Of a stretch of DNA of 64,000 bases, positions 55,197-64,000 are shown piece after piece. The first letter of the stretch is position 1. The number at the start of each line of letters is the position of its first letter. Made by a program: the position numbers and the translations under genes. Below the pieces are notes generated by a model. It ran no database searches. It was not told where the DNA came from and saw only the letters and a list, made by a program, of their open reading frames with translations. The DNA is from Narcine bancroftii (taxonomy: Eukaryota): NCBI RefSeq assembly GCF_036971445.1, contig NC_091478.1, positions 23,250,001 to 23,314,000 on the forward strand. Reading direction: 5' to 3'.

Positions 55197-58067
55197 CTTT
55201 GATCAGGCTTGATCCATCAAATGACAGCAAGGGGGAGCATCCTGATTTAGAAGGACCATAAACTGACTTTATGGCCCTGAAAATTTCTCTGGTAGCTTGC
55301 ATGTCTGCATAGCGCTCCACCTGCTCATCCTTTCTCTGCCACTGCTTGTCCCTCTTTCCTCGCAGTTCCATCTGTACCTCTTGTCTCTCATTTCTCGCAG
55401 TTCTGCCCGTACTTTGGACTGCAGATGGTCAAGCCTGATCAAATACCAGGAAGGACTGAAAAACTACTGGGCTGAATACTTTTCCAACCAACTCAATATG
55501 CCGTCCACAATTGATCCTGATGCCTTACAGCACATCCCCAGCAGCCAGTCCTGGATGTCCTAGACCTGTTGCCCTCTACTGATGAGATCAAAAAAGCAAT
55601 CTTGTAGATGAATTCAAAGAAAGAAACAGGGCAGGATGGTATTCCTGCTGAGATATACAAAGCTCTCAGACCAAATGCATTACAGGCGATCCAAGACATC
55701 CTGGAAAACATCTGGATCACAGAGGAGATGCCTGACGACTTCCGCAATGTCCTCATTGTGACTCTACAAAAATAAGAGAAGCAAATCAAACTGCGGAAAA
55801 TACAGGGGTATCTCACTGCTGTCTATCGCAGGCAAGATTTTCTCCCGCATCCTCCTGAACAGACTTGTCACTGTCTCTGAAAGGAATCTCCTGGAGGTGC
55901 AGTGCAGCTTTTGGCCAGAACAGTCAGTGGATCGGGCAGAACAAGCCTCTGTACTCTGCCTTCATTGACCTGACAAAGGCATTTGACACTGTAAACCGGG
56001 AGGCTCTCCAAATCATCCTGAGGCATTACAGATGCCCAAGGAAATTTGTAAAGATGATTCAATTGCTCCATGACGGAATAACAGGACAGGTCCTCTGTAG
56101 TGGTGACACATCAGCTGCATTTGCCATTTCTAATGGGGTGAAGTAGGGCTGTGTTCTAGTCCCAGTCTTGTTCAATTTGTTCTTCACTTGCACGTTGTCA
56201 TGTGCTGTCCAAGGTCTGGAGTAGGGACTGTATATCAGGTATCGACTGGATGGCACTCTCTTTGACCTTCGTTGCTTGAACGCATGGACAAAGTGCCTCT
56301 ACACAGTCATTCAAGAAACCCTTTTTGCAGATGACTGTGCATTTTTGGCTCAAAGATAGTGATCTACAGTTAATGGTGAACAAATTCTCAGACACTGCTA
56401 TGCTCTTTGGCCTGACCATCAACCTGAACAAGACTGAAATACTCATCAGTCCATATCAAACACCAGTGGCATAGAACCAAAAATCATAATTGATGACATC
56501 CAGCTTACCAATGTGAACAGCTTCAAATATTTGGGGAGCATCATCTCGAGTGATGGGTCTTTGGACAAAGAAATTGACTCCAGAACCAGCAAGGCCAGCT
56601 AGACTCTGGAGAGGCTCTGTACCAGAGTGCTCAATCAAACCAACGTCTGCATCTCCACAAAGCTGAAAGTCTGCAGAGCTGTGGTCATCTCTTCTCTCCA
56701 AAATGGATGCGGGACCTGGACTGGGTACCGATGTCACATCAAACAACTGAAGAAATTCCACATGTGCACCATCTGTTCCTTCCTTGGCATCCAATGCCAA
56801 GACCATGTCTCCAACCTGGAGGTCTTGGGTTGCGTGAAGTCAACTAGTTTGAGTCCCTGATCATCAGAGCCCAGGTGCAGTGGATGGGACGTCATCAGGA
56901 TGGACAACCACCATGAGCCTCGTCAGCTGCATTATGGTGAACTGAAGGAGACGTCAAGGTCATCCATGCGAGCACTATAAAGACGTTATGAAGGAAACCC
57001 TATGCTACTGTGACATCCTGCCAAAATAACTAGGAGCTGCCATTCCTGATAATCCCATTGGTGAGCCCTGTGCTATGAAGCCTACACTAGTTTTGAATAC
57101 AGGCTCTGCCAAAAAAAACTGATGGAAAACCGTGAACTGCGTCACAGAGCAGTAGTCACAGTTATTACAAAAATGGAATTCCCACAGACTATACATTACA
57201 CCACAAAAGTTAAATAAATGGGACCCAACAGTATCTGATAGATGTTTTCGATGTAAAAAAGAAATGGGAACAACAATTCATGCAATCTGGACATGTGAGA
57301 GAGTAGAAAAATTTTGGGATGATCTCAATCAGATATTAAATAAAATAACAGAAAACAATATACCAAAGAATCCAGAGATCTTTCTCCTAAGTAACATAAA
57401 AAACAAAGAATTTGGAATTGATTTGGAGAATGCACAAAAAAGATTTGTTAAGATAGCCCTAGCCGTAGCAAAAAAATGTATTATGTCAACCTGGAAATTG
57501 GAAGATAATTTGAAAATACAACAATGGTATATAGAAATGAATAAATGTATTCCATTAGAAAAAATAACATATAGTTTAAGAAATAATATTGAAATATTTG
57601 AACAAGTATGGGAGCCTTACATTAAATACAATAGCGAAAACCTACCGGGAACAAACATTACCTAAGTTGATGGAAGGAGAAGGAAAGAAAAGAATGGACT
57701 CAGTAGAATTTCTGGTGTATTTTTGTTGAATGACAACATTGTCTGACTGGCTTAATGCAACCTAGATTGTATACCTAAAATGGATGAGGGGGGGGTGGGG
57801 GGGTGGCTTGGGAGGAGGGAGGAGGGAGGGGGGGGGGAGAGGGAGAAAAAGTCACTGTATATGTGTGAAAAAGTGTATATCATGGCTAATGTGATTTATG
57901 GTGTGAAAAATAAAAAATTAAAAAAATAAAATAAAAAAAAATGGAATTCCAGTGCTCCCATTGTGATAGACTCTGTGCTTCTAGACTGGAACTGCAAAGT
58001 CACCTTCGTAGCCACAGACAAACTACACAACAACATGTCTTCTTCGAACTGAAGGACTACCAATATA
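55197..58067 (+). mobile_element. RTE-clade LINE, 5'-truncated with 5' inversion, interrupted by L1
   Basis: RT motifs YRGISLLSIAGK, FIDLTKAFDTV, LFADD and C-terminal C2H2 FQCSHCDRLCASRLELQSHLRSH. Inverted 5' part ~55197-55415 (REIFRAIKSVYGP). 11-bp TSD at 55186-55196 and 58068-58078. Confidence 0.88.
57183..57936 (+). mobile_element. Young 5'-truncated L1 (ORF2 C-terminus, 3' UTR, poly(A)) with 14-bp TSD
   Basis: Uninterrupted HRLYITPQKLNKWDPTVSDRCFRCKKEMGTTIHAIWTC...WEPYI to 57665, then a G-rich 3' UTR and A-tail. AAAAATGGAATTCC at 57169-57182 and 57937-57950. Confidence 0.92.
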
Positions 58068-58464
58068 TATGTAGAAATATATCCAATCTTGACTTGAATA
58101 TATTTACTGAGGTCACCTCCACTGCTTCAATAGGCAGATTCCACAGATTCACCACCCTCTGGGAAAAGCAGTTCTTCCTAATCTCAGTTCTCAATCTACT
58201 CCCCTGAATCTTGAGTATCCCCGGCCAACATAAACAACTTGCATGCTTCAATCTTGTCCATGCCTTTCATAATTTTATGTTTCTATAAGATCACCTCTCA
58301 ATTCTTCTAAATTCTAGCGAGTACAGTCCCAGATGACTCAGTCTCTCCTCATTGGCCAACTCTCTTCATCCTTGGAATCAACTTGGTTAACCTTCTCTGC
58401 ACCACCTCCAAAGTACATCCTTCCTCAAGCAAGGAGACCAGAACTGAACAGCAGAGTCAGCAGA

Positions 58465-59700
58465 GGCCTTCATTTTTTTGGCACATCCCAGGGCAGATGC
58501 TCCAACGGTCCTGACAGTGGATGCCTCAGGGACGGTGATCGGCAGTGTTCTGGAACAGCAGATGAAAGGGTGTTGGCAGCTACTGGCTTTTTTCAGCAAA
58601 CATCTGCAATCTCCGGAACTGAAGTACAGTGCTTTCAACAGAAAGCTACTGGTGCTGTACACCCACCGACCAGGTCAGACCTATTGTCCTAGCTGCTTGG
58701 AGATGGCAGGTTTTCGATTCCATCCATGGCTGGCTCACCCATCCATCAGGACCACAGTCTGACTGGTTCACCAGCAAATATGTATAGCATGGATTACGAA
58801 AACAGGGCAGCAGGTGGGCGAAGGCATGCACACAGTGCCAAACAGCCAAGATGCAGTGGCATACCAAGACTCCACCTCAGCGCATCAAGCCTGCAGAGCA
58901 AAGGTTCGACCACGTCAATATAGACGTAGTAGGACCTTTATTGTATCCCAGGTCGACCACTTCACCAGGTGGGTGGAAGCAGTTCCGCTGGCAGACACAT
59001 CCACAACCTCATGCGCCAGAGCTCTTATCTGCTCCTGGGTGGCACGGTTTGAGGTACCATCCCACATTACATCGGACAGAGGGGCCGAATTCTCCTCAAC
59101 CTGTGGTCCGACCTCGCCAGTCTGTGGGGAGCCCAGCTGCACCATACAACGACCTATCACCCCCAGTAAAATGGGCTGGAGGAGCGATTCTACAGACACT
59201 TTAGGCTGGGCTCATGACCAGACTCCAAGGACCGAACTAGGTAGATGAGCTATTATGGGCACTGCTGGGGATCAGAACACCTCTTCGGCTGAACTCGTCC
59301 ACAAGAGTTTCACTGGTGGTCCCGGGGGAATTCGTACAGTCTCCAGGCAGATAGTAGTTGGACGAAGCAGTTCTCCTCCATAAACTACGGGAAAGAGTCA
59401 GAAACCTGGCCCCGACTCCACCAGGCAGGCATGGACACGTGAGGACCAACATACCCAAAGACCTGCAGGACTGTGAGAATCTTTTCATTCGCAGGGGTCC
59501 ACAACTGCAGAGGCCATACGAGGGTCCGTTCCGGGTCATCTAAAACAATGGAGCCACATTCAAACTGGAAGACAGAAGCAAGATGGAGGTCTTCACCAGA
59601 CAGGTTAAAACCGGCACAACTGGACCCGGTGTACCCAGTCGAGATGCCAGCATCACAGCACCACACTAAAGAGGTAGGCCACTCAACCAGAAAAACACCT
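58465..59700 (+). mobile_element. Gypsy pol relic (RNase H-integrase)
   Basis: LTVDASGTVIGSVLEQ..LAFFSKHL..ELKYSAF; RFDHVNIDVVGPL; VDHFTRWVEAVPL..WVARFEVPSHITSDRG; LQRPYEGPFRV. Confidence 0.85.
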
Positions 59701-60059
59701 GGACCCCAACTCTGCTTTCTAACCATGTTAATACATCACCCCAAATTCCAGGCATCCTTCAATTCTATATGTCTTTCATGTGGCACCTTATTGAGCTCAA
59801 AGAACTCCAGTAAATTTGTCAAACAGGACATAGTCATGAAATGCATTACGAAATGAATAAAAATAGTGCAAGACACTGCAAGGCAGTGTCTATGGTTCAT
59901 TCATTTCTTTAACTTCCTTTGCTCCCATGTCTTCTAAACATAAACCACCTTTCTTCCCACAGATGTCTGACCTGCTGAGAGTTTCAAACATTTTTTTGAT
60001 TATTAGATTTTATTATCTCAGCATCTGGCTTGTGTTCCAGGCTCCTTTGAGCGATCGCT

Positions 60060-60438
60060 GAAGCACATCCGAGACTTGCAACCTGATTGACAGCAAAGAG
60101 TGAGCGATGTCATGAGGCAATTTGTGCAACCAATGCCCTCTTCGTGAGAAAGGTCAGGTTTACTGGAAAGTACGGTTATTCCAACAGCTTTTCAAACTGA
60201 TCTGCCTCTTTATTTTCGATTCAGTTGCAGCTTTTTTGTCAGCTCTTTCGATTCGATTCCTCGTTCAATTCACCCACAGCCCCCCCCCTCCCCCCCGGAA
60301 ACACGATGCAATCAGCTGATCCTTCCCACTGCAACACTTGACCGGGCGCCCTGGAGTCGCCGTCAATGATTGACAGGCGTTGCTGTGATACGGATCACGT
60401 GGGCCGACGGAAGTGGGTGCACTTTGAGCGGCGAGGCG
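60060..60438 (+). promoter_or_regulatory. AS3MT CpG-rich promoter
   Basis: TGATTGACAG at 60084-60093 and 60367-60376, CACGTG at 60396-60401, CGGAAGTG at 60408-60415, just upstream of the ATG at 60439. Confidence 0.6.
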
Positions 60439-60467
60439 ATGGCGCAGGAGTTGGGTTGCGGTGACAG
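60439..60467 (+). CDS. AS3MT: AS3MT coding exon 1 (predicted)
   Basis: gcgATGG Kozak context, MAQELGCGD(S), AG|gtatcc; phase 2 matches the next exon; lies in a CpG-rich promoter. No homology support. Confidence 0.7.
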
Positions 60468-63436
60468 GTATCCCTTTCCCCCTCACCTTGACCAAGTGAG
60501 ACCAGGGAAGCTGAGCTGGGCGACGGGCTTTGCCGCGTGGAAGTGTCAGTGTAACTCTCCCCTTGATGATGAGAACCTTGGAAGCACCAGCAACTTGGGC
60601 AGGGTCTGTGGAGCGACCTTTCTGGTCAGAGACTCCTGCTGCTGCTCCATCTCCACGTTCGATTTTGGTCATGCATTTTCAGATGGGATCTTAGACTGAG
60701 GTTTTGTCTTCCACAGAATGGAAAGATCCCTTTGCATGAGTTCAGAGAAGAGGGGAAGCTCAATTATTTCTTGAGCCATCTTTCTGAAGCAGGTTGCCCA
60801 CTAGTTATTGTTATCTGGAGGGGATTTATGGAAAGCAAATTGCCTGTCACGTTTCCTTCAGGACAACATTGCTGTTGAGTGTTGTGGAACTTGGGGCTGG
60901 AAGGGTTTGGGGAGCCACTTTGTTGGACAGGAATCCCCTGATTTCGACATGTTTTATTGAGGAGCCCTCATTATTTTAACTGTCCTTAATTTGCAAGGTG
61001 TTTTGTTTGTTTTAATGATGTTAGAAATAAAAAGCAGTTGAAATTGTGTTCTGTTGTGTTGGCAAAAGCTGGCGATCCACGTGCCCTGAGAAGAAGGGGC
61101 GAAAGGAAAAGTGGAGGCCGCAGGGTCAGAGGGGCTGAGATACAGCAGGTGTCTTTGTCGATTATCGTCTGTCGAGATAAGACGGTGGGAAAGTGACTTG
61201 CTAAAAACAAACTGCTGGAGGAACAGAGCAGAGCAGCATCTATTGGAAGGGCTGGGATTGGGCACGAAGCCCTGCACCAAGGAGAGCAGGTGTCAGAAGT
61301 ACAGGGTGGGATGGGTGACACAGGACGTGCAGGGGATGATGAGTTTGTCACACACATGGCACAATGTACAAATACCATGAAATTCTCACTTGCTGCCCTG
61401 AGCAGGAGTTTTGTAAAATACAATTACAATATCAGTTATAGTTATTGCATTTGATGGGGATTGCTTAGATATTTTACTTGCTGAGTACACTGAAAGTGTA
61501 CATTGCATATTTTATCCTTGAATGACTTCTAAAATAATATTTTGATTTTGTTTCTTTATTTTAGAGTTTGGGGGTTTTAAGAAAACCTTGAGTTCGAACA
61601 TGTCCCAACTCCTCACGTTGGAAGCATTATTATTTCTTTCTTACGTTTTTATGTTACTGCTCATGGCAATGTTTCCCAGGATGTAACCCCTTTGTCATCA
61701 AGGGATACCTGTCAATACAAGTTCAAGCTTTCTTGTTACGTACACAAAATATATTTTCTTTTCACCAGTGAAGTGGTCTTCAGCCGGGGAAGATGTGGCT
61801 TTGACCATTAGTTTTTTAATTCTTTTCAGCCTCTCCTCATTTGGATGCGCTCAACAGTTGGAAATACATGAGAAAGTCAAGGTAATCACTTTTAATGCTG
61901 ACCCTTTCATTCATTCACTGTGGTTTAGTTGTAATTGTGGGGTTTGGGGATTGGCCACATGCTTCTCCTGTGATATTTCATGAGCTCTGCAAAAAAATTG
62001 TCAAGTTGCAGATAATTGGTTAATTCTCCTGTCAATCAGGTTTGGAGGCAATGCTGCTGTGAGTAACACTTATGGCTCTCTGATGCTCTGTTACATTGTT
62101 AACAGGATTATTATGGAAAGAAGATGAAGAAAACAGAGGATCTGCTGCTGAATGTCTGTGTCCCTCCTGCCAAACCAATCCCCAAGTATGTGCAGGATGC
62201 ATTGAAAGATGTTCATGAGGAAGTGACCTCCAGGTCTGAAATCTTAATAATCTTGCTCTATCTTTATATTTAATAAGTGATGTTATCAATAGAATTATAG
62301 CTGAGAAAGAGGCCGGGATTCTGCAATCTGCAGAGGTAAAGGTATATGAAACAGTAGGTTATCTGAGGGGGTGCTGTGGGTGGGGTGAATCATAATGTGC
62401 TTGTAGATCACAGGTTCCCCAGTGCCCTTGCTGGTACTTTATGAATGCCTTCAGAGTTGTGCTTTCACTGTAATGTGCTTGACTGGTCTTTGATATTTGA
62501 CAGGTACTTTGGATGTGGACTTGTGGTTCCCGAATGTTTGGAGAACTGTTGGATTCTGGATTTGGGAAGTGGGAGCGGCCAGGATTGTTATATGCTCAGC
62601 AAGCTGGTTGGAGAGAAAGGGCGCGTGATTGGAATAGACATGACGGAGGAGCAGGTGCGTCTCTCTGGGAACTGGGATGTCCGTGGCAACCAGGCTCTAT
62701 AGCCAATAGAGCCACATCCAACTCCCTGCTGAATGTATCCAATGAACTGGCCTTGATCATATGTGTATGCGTTCTACGTGTTCATTGAGCATGTCTCAAT
62801 GAGATCCCCTGTTATTCTTCTAAATTTCAAAGAGCATCTAGTTTTTCTTCGCCCGTTCTGACATCCAACGAATCAGTCGGGTGAACTTCACTGCACTCCC
62901 TTGGCAGCAAAATGGTCCTTTCTCAGATGAAGAGATCAAACCTGACACAACAGTCAGGGTGTGACCACCTGAATCAAGGTCCTGTACAATTGCAGCAAGA
63001 CTCCCTCCTGCTCTATATTCAAATCTCTCACAATAAAAGGCCATTGTGCCATTTACTTTACTGCCTGCTGCACCTGTAGATTTATGTCATACAATTGTAA
63101 CCTATGAAATAGGAGCAGGAGTAGGCGAATCACCCTGCTGTGTCATTCTGGGAGACCTTGTTCGCGAGGTCCTGGGAGCTTCCCTTGACCTTTTTTGGTA
63201 TTGTTTGGATAAATAACTGATGGGTAAGGTTTTTTTTTAGACTTGTGGAACTTGTGATATGAAGAATGTGGTCCTCTTCTTGTCACCATTGCCTTGTAGA
63301 TTCAAGTGGCAAAGAAGTTTATTAACTATCACACACAGAAGTTTGGCTTCAGTAAACCAAATGTGGAATTCATCCATGGCTACATTGAAAAACTTGGTGA
63401 TGTTGGATTGAAAGACAACAGCTTTGATGTTGTAAT
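60439..63436 (+). CDS. AS3MT: Arsenite methyltransferase, 5' part of spliced gene (continues beyond window)
   Basis: join 60439-60467, 61830-61881, 62106-62233, 62504-62654, 63300-63436. Exon sizes 128/151/137 match recalled human exons 3-5. SAM motif ILDLGSGSG, GIDMT, and conserved Cys in NVC and FGCG. Confidence 0.93.
61830..61881 (+). CDS. AS3MT: AS3MT coding exon 2
   Basis: ttttcag, (S)LSSFGCAQQLEIHEKVK, gtaatc. EIHEKVK matches human EIQKDVQ. Confidence 0.82.
62106..62233 (+). CDS. AS3MT: AS3MT coding exon 3
   Basis: 128 nt DYYGKKMKKTEDLLLNVCVPPAKPIPKYVQDALKDVHEEVTS(R). Confidence 0.95.
62504..62654 (+). CDS. AS3MT: AS3MT coding exon 4
   Basis: 151 nt YFGCGLVVPECLENCWILDLGSGSGQDCYMLSKLVGEKGRVIGIDMTEEQ. 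Confidence 0.97.
63300..63436 (+). CDS. AS3MT: AS3MT coding exon 5
   Basis: 137 nt IQVAKKFINYHTQKFGFSKPNVEFIHGYIEKLGDVGLKDNSFDVV(I); ttgtag / gtatgt. Confidence 0.96.
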
Positions 63437-64000
63437 GTATGTAAAAAAAAAAAGTTCTATTGTTTCTTTTATCCCTCAACTTACAGCAGTTAAAGTATTA
63501 TGCAGAGAGTTCCAGCTGGTTGGAAGGGTAACAGCTCGCAGAAATATTTGCACAGTGACACAACTGGTGCGCCTTTGACCTCAGTTCATTCCTAACCGTG
63601 GGTTTTGCCTTTGTGTGCGTTCTCCCTGTGCCACCGTGCTCCCATCTCCTCAACACCCCTGTGGACGTGCAGTTTGCTCGGTCAGTTGGCCACTGCAATT
63701 TGCCCCAAATGTGTAGGAGATTGTGGAGATGCAAGGAGAATATCATGAGATGAGCGTTGATGATAGATGATGGTAGGCATGGGCCCAGTGGGTCTGTTTT
63801 TGTGTTGTGTGACTCCGCAGTCACGGTGGGACCGGCCAAGCGGAGCAAGGGCAGATGTCCTGGCTTTTCCAAAGTGGGAGTCTGCAGGCAGGGACTTGCC
63901 TCAGGTTGCAGTCACAAGGAGTTGGTGCAGGACGCTATTCCCATATCCTTCCATGCCCAACTGGCACCTGCTGTGGTCTTTGGTGACCCATTGCTGCGCA

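Larger units (their letters stand above)
55110..58455 (-). mobile_element. CR1-like 3' end split by the RTE insertion (55110-55196 and 58068-58455)
   Basis: The two parts join into continuous antisense CR1 ([17 protein letters not shown]...KSRLDIFLH). TSD TATGTAGAAAT. Confidence 0.8.

Noticed and set aside
60418-60424. Metal-response element in the AS3MT promoter
   Set aside because: TGCACTT does not fit the MRE core TGCRCNC.

Overview
Vertebrate genomic DNA, most likely from a cartilaginous fish (inferred from HE1/V-SINE-like SINEs, abundant CR1 and Penelope-derived repeats, and an elasmobranch-like CYP17). The window holds the conserved CYP17A1-BORCS7-AS3MT block, syntenic with human 10q24.32. 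It contains a complete, intact 8-exon CYP17A1-like P450 on the minus strand (507 aa, 11371-31601), a complete 5-exon BORCS7 on the plus strand (103 aa, 35949-49236), and the first five coding exons of AS3MT (60439-63436, continuing past the window). I built all exons by hand from GT-AG sites and their phases are mutually consistent. The rest is mostly decayed or nested transposons: L1/Tx1, CR1, RTE, Rex1-like, Gypsy, solo LTRs, Tc1, MITEs, SINEs and Penelope-derived elements. Highlights: (1) the CYP17 keeps its heme and oxygen-activation machinery but has unusual substitutions clustered near substrate-recognition regions; (2) a fossil second copy of CYP17 exon 4/intron 4 lies 33 kb away, beyond BORCS7; (3) hammerhead-ribozyme-like cores recur in Penelope-derived repeats; (4) a CR1<RTE<L1 triple nest contains a twin-priming-type 5' inversion. 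Comparisons with human or fish proteins come from memory, not from database searches.
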